Virus record (IMG/VR): IMGVR_UViG_3300023194_000002
Coordinates: 1-64,000 of that record
DNA length: 64,000 nt
From: a virus
Taxonomy: Duplodnaviria; Caudoviricetes
Direction: 5' to 3' (one strand)
Shown: positions 46,352 through 56,154 of the stretch, piece by piece
Position numbering within the stretch: position 1 is the stretch's first letter
Layout: the number at the start of each line of letters is the position of its first letter
Position numbers and translations under genes: made by a program
Notes under the pieces: model-generated
Told to the model about the DNA's origin: nothing
The model's input: the letters and a program-made list of their open reading frames with translations, nothing else
The model's database searches: none

Positions 46352-46543
46352 GTAGACACGGGACAACCCTCCGCGTGTCCACTCAGTGGCCAATCAGGCC
46401 GCTAACGCTTCAGAATCACTGGCGTTTCTTACGTCTGTTAATCGAATGGTCCTAGGTTCGAGTCCTAGTTCCGGAGCTAAATGATTTCGTGTGGTTAGGT
46501 CGGGGAACGTCCCTGGTTTCGGTGGACACTTCAGTGGACACTT
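46352..46543. mobile_element. attP: core matching the 3' half of a tRNA-Asn(GTT) (46435-46477), with arm-type repeats
   Basis: CT-GTT-AA loop, CTAGG-TTCGAGT-CCTAG T-arm, TTCCGGA-G acceptor; GTGGACACTT at 46522 and 46534, inverse GTGTCCAC at 46375, GTAGACAC at 46352. Confidence 0.85.
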
Positions 46544-48149
46544 TCCCCTGCCTCAGTATCTGCTCCAGCGCCGCGCGGATGTTGTCGCGCCGCGCATGTG
46601 GATAGGCTGCGAGAATGGTGTCCAGTGGATCCGGCGCTGTCTCGGATTGTGCCCTGGATGGCTGCACACCAGCGGCCAGCTGGGCCTTGGCATCCGTCGT
46701 CACGCTGGCGTAGCGATCCTGCGTCACCTTGACGTCGCTGTGGCCGATGAACTCGCTGACGTCGCGGATATCCCAGCGCACGCCCCATGTCCCTGAGAGC
46801 AGATGCGTCGCGGCCGTGTCACGAAAATCGTGGAAGCGGCGACGGTTTTCAATGCCGAGCTTCGTGACCCATCCGGGCTTGATTCTGCGCTCGCGGGTCA
46901 CTGGGTCGCGGTAGGGGGTGTCCGTCCATCCAAAATCATAGCCACACGCGAACATGCGATCGCGCAGCTCGTAACGACGATCGGCGCGCGCGCGCGCTTC
47001 CGATCGAAGTACCTCGATATGATGGAGATTGGTCGCAAACCCGTCTGCCTGAGCGCGTGCGAGTAAATCGCGATTCGTCAGGTCGGGGTGACGCGTCACA
47101 TATTTGGCCAACTCCCCGAGCGCGCGTTTTGGCGCCGCATCGGACGCCGCGAATATGAGTCCTGTGCCAGGCTCCCCTTTGTGTTGCCACCAGCGGTGCA
47201 GCAGACGCGCAGCCATCGGAATCAGCGCCTGGATGCGGTCCTGTCCATTTTTTGTCTCGTCGTGCCAGCTCGTCTCTACGAGCCACACCTGCCCGGTCCA
47301 GTCGGGCGCCTGTGTCCACTCGACACGATTCCAGCTGTGACGCGGGCCGGCAGGTGCAATGCGCTCCCAGCGCTGGCTGACGATCTCACCCTTGCGTAGG
47401 CCCTGCATGACCGTGACCGAGAGCGCGACGCGATAGAAAAACGGCACGTGCTCGCACTCGACCAACTGCTCGAGGTCATGCCGTGGAATGCCTGTGCGAT
47501 CGGCGCATGCCTCACAGTAAAAGATCCGATCGCAGTCGCTTTGCGGCAAAAAGTCTAACCGTGTGCGGCTGCGCTTCTCCGCCTTGGTGCGAAGGCGACC
47601 GGTGAGTTTGTGGCGCTTGTTTGGGAGCTCGACGCCCTCAGCGGGATTACTGTCAATCAGACGTGGCGAGCGCTGTTTGGCTGCGTTTAACGCCGTGCGA
47701 ACGATCGACAACGCCTGCTTTGCGTAACTGCGGGCTATGGGCGCGTTGAGCGTCACCAGCGTTCGTTCACCGCGATGCAGCTCGGAGCGCGTAGCGGGTA
47801 TAGTGGGCAACACATTCGACCACGCGGTCACGTCGTCTGGCGTGATGTCCTCGATCGGGAAGTCGAGGAACGGACACGAGCGTGCGATTAGCGCGTCCCA
47901 TGTGCTGCGATAGCTATGCGAGTAGTCATGATCCTTGAGCCAGACCTCACCCCACTGACGCAGGGTGATCCCAGCGTTCACGTCATTCGACTGCGCGATC
48001 GCTTCGCGCGTGAGCTTCGCCTCCTCTTCGGAGTCGAAGAACTTCGACACGTCGCGCCCGTTGCTACGGATGCGCAGTCGCCACTTTTGTTTTTGAGGGT
48101 CCCAGGATACCGACCCTGCGCCGTGACGGCGTCTATTAGAGCCGGTCAT
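46452..48149 (-). CDS. int: Tyrosine integrase (long, with insertions)
   Basis: GLRKGEI, FHDFRDTAATHLL, IGHSDVKVTQDRYA; N-terminal arm-binding GSVSWDPQKQKWRLRI. Confidence 0.9.
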   Translation of the reverse strand: MTGSNRRRHGAGSVSWDPQKQKWRLRIRSNGRDVSKFFDSEEEAKLTREAIAQSNDVNAGITLRQWGEVWLKDHDYSHSYRSTWDALIARSCPFLDFPIEDITPDDVTAWSNVLPTIPATRSELHRGERTLVTLNAPIARSYAKQALSIVRTALNAAKQRSPRLIDSNPAEGVELPNKRHKLTGRLRTKAEKRSRTRLDFLPQSDCDRIFYCEACADRTGIPRHDLEQLVECEHVPFFYRVALSVTVMQGLRKGEIVSQRWERIAPAGPRHSWNRVEWTQAPDWTGQVWLVETSWHDETKNGQDRIQALIPMAARLLHRWWQHKGEPGTGLIFAASDAAPKRALGELAKYVTRHPDLTNRDLLARAQADGFATNLHHIEVLRSEARARADRRYELRDRMFACGYDFGWTDTPYRDPVTRERRIKPGWVTKLGIENRRRFHDFRDTAATHLLSGTWGVRWDIRDVSEFIGHSDVKVTQDRYASVTTDAKAQLAAGVQPSRAQSETAPDPLDTILAAYPHARRDNIRAALEQILRQGKVSTEVSTETRDVPRPNHTKSFSSGTRTRT

Positions 48150-48158
48150 TGGGCGCGC

Positions 48159-48380
48159 TTATTTACCGCGAGCGAGTAGGGTGCGGGCATGAGCAAAGTG
48201 TCGCTCTTGAGGTTGCTCTGTTTGGGCAAGAGATTCTTCGCGCAGCTTTCGCCGGCGAGTCGCCCGTCGCTTGCCGTTCTTCACGATCTTCTCGCTGCGC
48301 TGAGCGAGCAGTTGCTTCAGCATGCCCTGGATATCCGCGAGCACGCGCAGGACTTCGGGGTCCGTGGTTGGGCCGCTCAT
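48159..48380 (-). CDS. Small basic hypothetical protein
   Basis: ATGA-coupled to upstream gene. Confidence 0.55.
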   Translation of the reverse strand: MSGPTTDPEVLRVLADIQGMLKQLLAQRSEKIVKNGKRRATRRRKLREESLAQTEQPQERHFAHARTLLARGK

Positions 48381-49051
48381 AAGTGAAGCTCCAATGAACG
48401 AGACGACTTGCCGAGATTGCAGTCCTGGCATGCGGTTGTTAGGTTCGACGGCTCGTTTGTCCCGCCGTCCTTTCGAGAACGAACGTGATCCACGTGTAGA
48501 GTCGCGCCTGGAGCTGCTCGCCCGCAGTACCTGCATCGAAAGTTGTCGCGCTTCAGAATATCGAAACGCAATCGCTTAGACAGCGCCGGTGCGGCTTTCA
48601 GCCTAGCGTCGGGCTCCGGTTCTTCACGCAGCGCCTTTGCCTGAGACGAAACGATTTCGCGCATTCGGCTCGCAACGATAAAAGCTGTCTCCTTTGAATC
48701 CGGATGACCGTCGTCATAGATTCCAGTCGACATAACAAATCGCCGTTTGGCGCCTTCAACATCGAGATACCAGAACTCCGCCTGCCATTTAGGAGATCGG
48801 GCTCTACGGAATAAGCGAGCTTCGGACGGCGGCTCCTTGCATTGCATCCCAGCAACTATCAGACGCGGAGTTCTGGCGTGAGCGTTGCCGTTTGCATAGT
48901 CATGCAGCGCAGCCTCGCTGACGCGCCAACCTACCCCCGGTATTTTTCGCCCGCCTAGCTGACGCATCACCGCGTATGCAGCAGTGCGGCCACAAGCCAT
49001 CGCTCGCATCACGACATCTGGACCAACTAGGCGGGGTGTGCTGACGCTCAT
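48377..49051 (-). CDS. Excisionase-like HTH + arm-type DNA-binding + HNH endonuclease fusion
   Basis: CGRTAAYAVM..GWRVSEAAL; RLFRRARSPKWQAEFW; RFDILKRDNFRCRYCG..LHVDHV..NLTTACQDCNLGK. Confidence 0.75.
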   Translation of the reverse strand: MSVSTPRLVGPDVVMRAMACGRTAAYAVMRQLGGRKIPGVGWRVSEAALHDYANGNAHARTPRLIVAGMQCKEPPSEARLFRRARSPKWQAEFWYLDVEGAKRRFVMSTGIYDDGHPDSKETAFIVASRMREIVSSQAKALREEPEPDARLKAAPALSKRLRFDILKRDNFRCRYCGRAAPGATLHVDHVRSRKDGGTNEPSNLTTACQDCNLGKSSRSLELHL

Positions 49052-49109
49052 TGGCTAACTCGCATCCGGATGCACGAAGTTGAGCGCAGTCGCCGCGCAC
49101 CGTGTCCGC

Positions 49110-49385
49110 TCACGACTTCTCCTCCGGTTCGGCTAGACCTAGAACCTCGGCCTCGCCTGCTGCGCGATAGGCGTCGGCCAGGGCTTCCTGTGCCTCCGAC
49201 AGATGCTGCGCCATCTTGACGAGCGAGCGACGAAGGTTCTGTATCCTGTCTATGATATCGCCTGCGGGATCCTCGCACACCACCGCGAGAGCAAGCGCAC
49301 TGAGCTCAGCTAGAGCGATGCGATACTGATCCTCGCCATGTGTCACACGGTTGATGGCTATTGATATTTTCGATCTCATGGCCAC
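49110..49385 (-). CDS. Hypothetical protein
   Basis: Helical 91-aa ORF in early operon. Confidence 0.5.
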   Translation of the reverse strand: MAMRSKISIAINRVTHGEDQYRIALAELSALALAVVCEDPAGDIIDRIQNLRRSLVKMAQHLSEAQEALADAYRAAGEAEVLGLAEPEEKS

Positions 49386-49609
49386 TCGCCCTTCACCGCG
49401 AGTTCGAAGGCGCGCTTTGACATCCGCTCGCCCTGATAGGTTTTCGCGACCTCTTTCCAGGCCGCTGCGCTGAGCACGGTGGTGACGCGCACGGTGTAGC
49501 TGCCGTCTGCGTTGCGGATTCGCTGCACCATGCGCCCACGCTTGCTGTGCTCGTCAAGGATAGTCGCGGCTAGAGAAACTCTGCCGCGCTCGGGGGTTAG
49601 GCTCTTCAC
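49376..49609 (-). CDS. Hypothetical protein
   Basis: GTG start; 3' part of the listed 174-aa ORF. Confidence 0.4.
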   Translation of the reverse strand: MKSLTPERGRVSLAATILDEHSKRGRMVQRIRNADGSYTVRVTTVLSAAAWKEVAKTYQGERMSKRAFELAVKGEWP

Positions 49610-50136
49610 GGCTTCGCCTCTGAAGCTTCGAGCATGTCGCGCACCAGATAGGCGGTCTGGAGCAGCGTACTTGCGCAGCGCTGCTCCAGATTCATCGTGT
49701 GAGCGCTGAGCGCGCCTGTAGCGCGGTAGAACTCGTGCGCGGCACTGAGCAGCGCCTCCAGCGCCTTCTTTGCTTCGGGACTCATCGCCCACGCCTCGCA
49801 GCTGCACGACGCTGCTTCCGGTTGAGTTTGGATGCGTTTGGTGCGCCCGGAAGCGCTTGGCCGCGACGGCGAATCTCATTCGCAACCGTATTAATCGCAC
49901 TCTGCAGTTCGATATTGAAGAAGTAGTTCATGCGACAGTGCTCCATTCGCCGTGACGCACGGCTGACTTCGGCACAAGAGCCTCTTGTCCAGGCTCAAGC
50001 CATCGATTGCGACCAGCTAGCCGCGTTCGCGTGATGGCGCGAATACGAAACATGCATGGCGTCATCCCAACCGTAATAACCTTGGTGGAAGACGATCCGT
50101 GCCAGCCTGAAATCACGAGATATGAGTAGACGGGCG

Positions 50137-50859
50137 TCATGGCTCCGCAAGCTCCCAGCGCTCATGAGCCCAGTAGCCGCCATCTGCCAACAGTCCGTCA
50201 GCACTTCCTAGATCACTCCACGGCGTGAACCGGCCGACGCAGTCATCGCAGAGCACACCATCGATGTGACGCATGCGCGTGCCGATCAGGTCCTTCACCT
50301 CAGAGCGCACGCACCGGATCGTGCGCCCAGCAGCAAGCTGCTCGTTCGCCCACGCCAAGCCGTGTCCGTCAGTGGGCATCCCGGGCTCTGACTGTTTGAC
50401 GGGCTCAGGCTTCGTGCGTGAAATAACGGTAAATCTGCAATTGGCATAACACGCCAAAAACAGCTCGCGCTGAGTGAGCCTACGGGGCGACACGCCGGTG
50501 TTGTGCGGAAGCTCTCGCCACTCCCGGTCATATCGATCCAGCCCCCACAGTACACCGCTGCGAAGCTCGAAGCTGTCGCCTAACCGGTGCGAGATGCCAG
50601 CGCGCTCATTCACAGCGTCTACGCACACGCGAGCACCCCGCTGAATCCATTGCCAAGCGCGACCAGGCCCATGCACACAGCTGCACTCGTGGTGACCGCA
50701 GCTGAAGCATACAGCGAAGTCATCGCCCAGCGCAGCGCGCCGGCGACCCTCGTCGACGAGTCGTATGCCCACAGGCGCGAGTTCCAAGCGCTTCGCGCTG
50801 ATGGCTCTGCGGCTCGCGAGCCGTGCCATATTCCAACCGTCTCTTACTGATTTATTCAT
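50137..50859 (-). CDS. Hypothetical protein with CxxC motif
   Basis: CFSCGHHECSC; coupled operon. Confidence 0.55.
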   Translation of the reverse strand: MNKSVRDGWNMARLASRRAISAKRLELAPVGIRLVDEGRRRAALGDDFAVCFSCGHHECSCVHGPGRAWQWIQRGARVCVDAVNERAGISHRLGDSFELRSGVLWGLDRYDREWRELPHNTGVSPRRLTQRELFLACYANCRFTVISRTKPEPVKQSEPGMPTDGHGLAWANEQLAAGRTIRCVRSEVKDLIGTRMRHIDGVLCDDCVGRFTPWSDLGSADGLLADGGYWAHERWELAEP

Positions 50860-50983
50860 CGCTCAATCTCCATATGCATAGGAAAACACGGAACGACACA
50901 AATCCAAACGTGCAGCACGTTGGCGCGAAGCTCCCAATACGCGCCGACCCACAAGTCCGCGGCCTTGAACTCGATGCGCGCTT

Positions 50984-51418
50984 TCACAGGCAACTCCCGT
51001 GTGAAGCGGCAACCACGCGGCCGCATTTTCCGCAGATGGTCTCTCTGCAGACGTCGCATTCGTAGCAATCGTTAGATCGCATGACCTGCCAATCCTCAGA
51101 CCCGATGCATGAGCAGTCGGGCCGAGAAATGTCGACGCCGTGTTGGCATTGCGCGTCTTCTTCCGCGCTCATACCGCTAACTCCAGTTGGCGGTATGAGC
51201 GCATATGTCATGAGAGCGTCCGCGCGAAGCGGCGTCTCATGCGTCGGATCGTCGTCCGTATAGCACGTCGCAATAAGCTGAATGCCGTTATGGTAGATAT
51301 GAGTGATGGTGCCGTGAGACGTATTCGTGACACCGTCACCGTCGACCCAAGTCCAGTGAACCCGCGTTCCCGCTGGGTCTGACTCTCGCAGCGGTCGCTC
51401 GATCATATCAATGCTCAT
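50984..51418 (-). CDS. Hypothetical protein with C-terminal Cys cluster
   Basis: CQHG..CSC..CDVC..CGKC. Confidence 0.55.
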   Translation of the reverse strand: MSIDMIERPLRESDPAGTRVHWTWVDGDGVTNTSHGTITHIYHNGIQLIATCYTDDDPTHETPLRADALMTYALIPPTGVSGMSAEEDAQCQHGVDISRPDCSCIGSEDWQVMRSNDCYECDVCRETICGKCGRVVAASHGSCL

Positions 51419-51645
51419 CGGTTGGTCTCCGCTTTCCGCTGAAGCTCAATGAAGGCCACAATCAGCTTGTTGCAGATATTCTGCATGAGTTTTTCTGTTG
51501 ATAACGCTGAGTGCATAGGAATGCATTCTTCCTGCGTCAAGAAGAAGCGATATCCCCACTTGCCTTCGTCGGTGATGACATCAACTATGTACACAATGTC
51601 GGCATCGACTTTGTCCAACATCGGACGCCTAACATGGACCTTCAT
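51415..51645 (-). CDS. Hypothetical protein
   Basis: ATGA-coupled 76-aa ORF. Confidence 0.55.
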   Translation of the reverse strand: MKVHVRRPMLDKVDADIVYIVDVITDEGKWGYRFFLTQEECIPMHSALSTEKLMQNICNKLIVAFIELQRKAETNR

Positions 51646-52070
51646 CGCTCCAGCTCCATGTATTGCGCGTGCATCGCGCGGATAACGTCATCAGGCACCC
51701 GCGCTACTCCGGTGCGCTGCGCGTTGCGGTGCAGGCACAGGTCGAGGTCTAGCGAGTCGTCGAAGTACATCCAGCGCAGCGGAACCCCGCACGTGCTCGC
51801 CAATAGTTCCATATGGAGGCGCGCTGCGGCTGATAGGTTTGTGTTGTCGACTAACAGAGAGTTTCCCGTTTCAATCGCTCGTTTGGCGAGAAAGGTAGTT
51901 ATATCCACCAGTAGCGTCGCCGCCATCTCACTACGAACCAGGCCTAACATCTCGCCTAGCTCATCGTTGTTGAGCCGCAGGTAGCTGGGGTTCGCCGCAA
52001 TGAGCTCCCGCGCAAACGTGGTCTTGCCGCTGCCGGGGATGCCGCACAGCGCTAGTATTTCTTGGGTCAT
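51642..52070 (-). CDS. P-loop kinase (AAA_33/polynucleotide kinase-like)
   Basis: LCGIPGSGKTTFA, LNNDEL, LLVDNTN, CLHRNAQR. Confidence 0.85.
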   Translation of the reverse strand: MTQEILALCGIPGSGKTTFARELIAANPSYLRLNNDELGEMLGLVRSEMAATLLVDITTFLAKRAIETGNSLLVDNTNLSAAARLHMELLASTCGVPLRWMYFDDSLDLDLCLHRNAQRTGVARVPDDVIRAMHAQYMELER

Positions 52071-52357
52071 AACGTCTTAGCTCCCTTCCTCAAATTGCAA
52101 ACCTCGTGCGTGGTCCGAAGATTACGGACCTCATCACCGCCGCCGCGGATCCACGGCCAACGGTGATCCACGTGCAGATCGCTCCACTGCACGTGGCCAC
52201 CGCACAAGTAGCAGCGCGCGCCGTCGCGCAAGTACACTAGCTTGCGCGTGCTATCAGACAGCGGCTTGCGCCGCACGAGCCCCAAGCGCCGCGGAATGCT
52301 GCGTAGGAGGTCTCGTGCGGCGATGCGTGTGATGGCATATGGAGACAGCGAGTTCAT
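52067..52357 (-). CDS. HNH endonuclease
   Basis: VYLRDGARCYLCG..LHVDH..NLRTTHEVCNLRKG. Confidence 0.85.
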   Translation of the reverse strand: MNSLSPYAITRIAARDLLRSIPRRLGLVRRKPLSDSTRKLVYLRDGARCYLCGGHVQWSDLHVDHRWPWIRGGGDEVRNLRTTHEVCNLRKGAKTL

Positions 52358-52602
52358 TCGCACTGCTCCGCGATGCGGCGTATAGCGTCGGCCTGTTCCG
52401 ATAGACACTTCCGGTGCCGCTGTCGACCTGTCACATCCGGGCATCTGTATGTGTCAGCGCTTTCGTCGATGATAGCAAAGCTGGGGTTTGTGCACGACTC
52501 GGCATCTGAGTCGCCGGGGTTTACCGCGACATGCGCGTAGAATGGGCACCCGCCGCATTCGATATCGGTTGGCGCGTCGAACACTAATAGCAATTTGCTC
52601 AC
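52354..52602 (-). CDS. Cys-rich hypothetical protein
   Basis: CGGCPF..C..C..C; coupled. Confidence 0.5.
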   Translation of the reverse strand: MSKLLLVFDAPTDIECGGCPFYAHVAVNPGDSDAESCTNPSFAIIDESADTYRCPDVTGRQRHRKCLSEQADAIRRIAEQCE

Positions 52603-52829
52603 GGGTGGAACCCCTCTTCTTTCGTCTTCAAGTAGACCAACATGCCAGGCAGGTGCAGTTCGAGCGCCCCCCGAGTGTTCTCGGCTTTTGCGATGCGCAT
52701 GCGCAGCAGCTCCATATCAGTGCTATCGATCTCGGCCTGTACGGCGAGCAGTGCGATTTGCGCGATGTCGGACTGCAGGGCAGTCACGCGTTTGCGGGCC
52801 TGTTCAATGGAGTCCTTTTCGTCGTTCAC
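52599..52829 (-). CDS. Coiled-coil hypothetical protein
   Basis: Coupled ORF. Confidence 0.5.
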   Translation of the reverse strand: MNDEKDSIEQARKRVTALQSDIAQIALLAVQAEIDSTDMELLRMRIAKAENTRGALELHLPGMLVYLKTKEEGFHP

Positions 52830-53128
52830 AGCGCATCCTCCACGCGCGCGAGTGTGCGGTCGCAGTCCTCATTGTATTCGCGGCCGTCCTCTAAGATGGC
52901 CGCAACCGAGCTCAGTACGACAGACGCGCGCTGCAGCGTATCGGCGCTGCGCTCAGCCTGCACGCACACGGGCAAGCGCTTGCCATCTCCACCCAATAGC
53001 TCGCCCTGGCCTACGCCAGAGGTGCACCATTCTTTCGCCTGGTCATACAGCAAATGGGGGCAGTGGTTGCAGTCGGTGCCTATAGCATCCCCCAAATCAA
53101 TTTCTACCAACAGCTTCCGTTTGGTCAC
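52826..53128 (-). CDS. Cys-rich hypothetical protein
   Basis: CNHCPHL..C..C; architecture resembles 52354-52602. Confidence 0.55.
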   Translation of the reverse strand: MTKRKLLVEIDLGDAIGTDCNHCPHLLYDQAKEWCTSGVGQGELLGGDGKRLPVCVQAERSADTLQRASVVLSSVAAILEDGREYNEDCDRTLARVEDAL

Positions 53129-53919
53129 TGATTGGACTCCATAACCATTGAGTAAAACTCCACCACCTTACAAAAAGCGCGAACGTCCAGGCCACCACCT
53201 CTGGCGTGGTGTGCAAACGTCTCCGACAGAAGCATTGATACGACGCCACCTGCGTCACTCTCCGTTCCAGCCCCGTCTTCCCGAAATGCATTTAGCTTTG
53301 TGCAGAACTCAGAAAGTTCACCGTTCAGCAGCTCGCCGGAAACCGTCCCGCGTACGCGATCAATCCCAAGAAAAATACGACTCGCATGGTTTCTATAGCA
53401 ATCGATCCTGTTGTCGAAAGCGTCTGACTCAACCACTGCGCTGGATTCGTTTTTGTTTGTCACAAGCACAACTCCTTGTTGGTAGCTGTCGTAAATAAAT
53501 GAGCGGTATTGTTTGCCGCCGCTCTCGGACCCTTGCCGTGCCCAGCCACGCCCTGTCTGGCCCCACCGAGCCACGTCAAAATCGAATCTATTGTCCCATC
53601 TCAGCGTCTACGCGCTGGCTCGGACGGAGTCACATACTCATATCTCATATATCCAAGAGCACGCCGCTCCATTTCCGCGGCTTGCTCGGGGGTGGGTTGC
53701 TTTCGCGGTTGCTCCACGCCACACAGGGTGAGTAGCCAGATGATGAGGTTCACTTCCACCCTGCTTCTGAGGCTTTTATTAGCTCAGCGAGTTGCATCGA
53801 CTCGTGCAGCGCCTTTGCGTGGTTGTACAGCGTCACACGGTCACCGGCCTTAAATACGGCCATGAGGTCATCGAGTGCAGAGATTACGGCTTCTACGCAC
53901 TCCGTCGCGAGTGCGTCGT

Positions 53920-54231
53920 TCACGGCTGCGACTCCGCTTCGGTGATCGAGTCGAAAACCGCATCACCCTCAGTCATGATGCGGACGGCCACGCACGCGAC
54001 CTGCTTAGCCTCCTCTCTGATTTCCGCATGCGGTTTGTTCTGCAGATATGCCTGCGCGAGTTCGCCCACCTCCTCCATCAACGCTGTGAGCAGGAAGCGG
54101 TTGCCTGGAAACTTGGCGCGTGCGCGCTGGATTTCCGCGTACACATTGCCCAGCGCGAAGTGCGTGTCGATATCCGTGCACTCGCGCATCTTGGCGTCAA
54201 GGATTTCGCCGAGCAGGTGATCGCTGCTCAT
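53920..54231 (-). CDS. MazG-like nucleotide pyrophosphohydrolase
   Basis: ALMEEVGELAQA..IREEAKQVACVAVR. Confidence 0.75.
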   Translation of the reverse strand: MSSDHLLGEILDAKMRECTDIDTHFALGNVYAEIQRARAKFPGNRFLLTALMEEVGELAQAYLQNKPHAEIREEAKQVACVAVRIMTEGDAVFDSITEAESQP

Positions 54232-54536
54232 GACAGCTCCGTATGGCCGTTGCTGACGCCTGTAGCCTCGGGCTTCGGCTTGCGACCTGGTTTACGCCCA
54301 GGTTTGGCCTTGGGCTTCTCTGGGGCCTGCGCGCGCCGCGCACGCAGCACACTGAGACGCGCCTCAGTCTCCTGCTCGCGATGGGCCAGCTCGGTCTCAA
54401 CGCGTGCCGTGTGTTCGTTGAGCTCGTCGTCTTCTGCGAGTTGCACGAGTCGCCCTAACAGCGCGTCGCGCTGCTCGCGGCTGCCGAGAAGCTTCTCGGC
54501 GTACTCGTTCAGCTGGTCAACGGATTCATCGCTCAT
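54228..54536 (-). CDS. Coiled-coil protein with basic KPGR tail
   Basis: Coupled ORF. Confidence 0.6.
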   Translation of the reverse strand: MSDESVDQLNEYAEKLLGSREQRDALLGRLVQLAEDDELNEHTARVETELAHREQETEARLSVLRARRAQAPEKPKAKPGRKPGRKPKPEATGVSNGHTELS

Positions 54537-54730
54537 TGCGTCACCTCAATAATCCGGTCTGGTGTCAGCCAGGCCTCGACATCGCGGCCGAGTAGGTTGC
54601 GCCGTCTGCCGAGCACGATGCCGTAGTCACCGTTCATTCCGCGCATGATGACGGTCGCGGTCTTTCCGGCGAAGCGATCGCTGGTGCCGTGCTTGGGGTT
54701 TCTGATCTTTACGTGTTGCGGTGTTGACAT
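54533..54730 (-). CDS. Small SH3/KOW-like hypothetical protein
   Basis: FAGKTATVI..YGIVL. Confidence 0.5.
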   Translation of the reverse strand: MSTPQHVKIRNPKHGTSDRFAGKTATVIMRGMNGDYGIVLGRRRNLLGRDVEAWLTPDRIIEVTQ

Positions 54731-54731
54731 A

Positions 54732-54947
54732 TCAGTTGAATCCGATTCTCCGAGCGCTGGGACGCGCCGGGGTTGAGGTTGCTGGTTTTGCGTAGAGAAG
54801 AGTCCGCAGCCCTAGCTGCAGCGCTGCGCGTGAGATGGCCGCATGTATCGCGCGATCCTGCAGCACACCGAGGTAGTAACGGTGGACGGTTAGGACGCCG
54901 CACCCTGCGATCGCGGCTATGCGCTGGCGGTCAAGCGCGCTCGGCAT
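54732..54947 (-). CDS. Small HTH-like protein
   Basis: RQRIAAIAGCGVLTVHRYY. Confidence 0.5.
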   Translation of the reverse strand: MPSALDRQRIAAIAGCGVLTVHRYYLGVLQDRAIHAAISRAALQLGLRTLLYAKPATSTPARPSARRIGFN

Positions 54948-55569
54948 CGGTGGTCTCCTGCTTGGGTGCGGGGAGTAGGATACGAGCGCGTTGTGAGTCG
55001 TACCGGACCCCTTTCAAAACCTGATCTGCGACGCCCCCGTCAAATGCGCATAGCTCTCGACATAGGCGGGTACCGCGCTCTTCGAGTTCATTTGCGACGC
55101 CAGCGGACTCACTCACGCCTAAGACTTCGACGTGTGCCTCAAGGTCGCCGTAGTTGTTGATGTATGCGCGTGACGCGAGGACAACGAACATCTCAGACGG
55201 TGTGGATGGCGCGGTCGAAGTGGTTGTCAGCTCCTCAATACGTTGACTGAGCGTCTCGCGCTCAGACTCTAGCTCGGCAATCCTCTTGTTGAACGTGCCA
55301 CGCTCAGCGCGTAGCCGCCGGATCTCCTCCGAAGCAGCGAGCATCGTGTCGGAGCCCTCTCTAAGCTTGGCGCGCTCAACTAGCCGAGCGATTGCCTGGG
55401 ATAGATTGTCTCCGGTTTGCGCCCGCGCCTCTTTGAGCCACTGGTTTTCGAGCTCCACAAACCGTCGGTACACCTCCGCAAGCGCGCGTAAATGTACGTT
55501 ATCAGGATCATGATCTGCGCGCTGTAGCGCAGCGTCTAGCTGTTCTTGGGTATACGCATTGTCCATCAT
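54931..55569 (-). CDS. Coiled-coil hypothetical protein
   Basis: 212-aa ORF in early operon. Confidence 0.6.
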   Translation of the reverse strand: MMDNAYTQEQLDAALQRADHDPDNVHLRALAEVYRRFVELENQWLKEARAQTGDNLSQAIARLVERAKLREGSDTMLAASEEIRRLRAERGTFNKRIAELESERETLSQRIEELTTTSTAPSTPSEMFVVLASRAYINNYGDLEAHVEVLGVSESAGVANELEERGTRLCRELCAFDGGVADQVLKGVRYDSQRARILLPAPKQETTDAERA

Positions 55570-55833
55570 CGTCGTCCGTTGCCGGCGTCTTTCTTGCCTC
55601 CGAAGAGGAGGGCGTCAACGACGTGCCCAATGACTACGCCGACTAGTAACCAAATCAGCAGCATATCAGCCATCCTTTGTTTTTGGGGTCCATGTGTAGA
55701 CCTCCAAATACCCAAGTTGCCGTTTGTTGAGTTCTGCCAACGCGGCCTGCGATGGCTGCTTTGGCGGCTTTTTGTGCTCGTTCTCCACGGCTTTAGCCGT
55801 GGCTATGAGCGCCGCTATCACTGTCAGCATGTG

Positions 55834-56154
55834 TTAGTCCTGTTTGCACGCGGCTTGTGGGGCCGCGGTCCTGTGGGGTTTGCCAGCTATCGCTCCGAGC
55901 GCAGTGATGCCGATGAGTAGTACGAGGATGAGCTTCGCGGTGAACATCGCCGCGTCTATCACCGCGTCCATCGCCCCCTTCGTGGGCATCGAGTATTCGC
56001 GGTGCTCATCGCGCTGCTGGTGCGACGGTATATATGCAGTTCGTTCCGGACTTACGCGACGACTGCTAATGACGCGCGCCAGCAACGGAGCGTGACGCGT
56101 TTCCGTGAATTCAGCGTCAATGATGCCTGGGTCATGTCTTACAATCTTTTTCAT
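55834..56154 (-). CDS. Hypothetical membrane protein
   Basis: MKKIVRHD..; C-terminal hydrophobic segment. Confidence 0.5.
   Translation of the reverse strand: MKKIVRHDPGIIDAEFTETRHAPLLARVISSRRVSPERTAYIPSHQQRDEHREYSMPTKGAMDAVIDAAMFTAKLILVLLIGITALGAIAGKPHRTAAPQAACKQD

Noticed and set aside
46435-46477. A complete tRNA-Asn gene
   Set aside because: Only the anticodon loop to the 3' end is present; no D-arm or matching 5' acceptor strand, so it is read as the att core
53140-53900. Possible ncRNA or ribozyme in a poorly coding stretch
   Set aside because: No convincing conserved core or stem pattern by eye; ORF assignment here also unresolved
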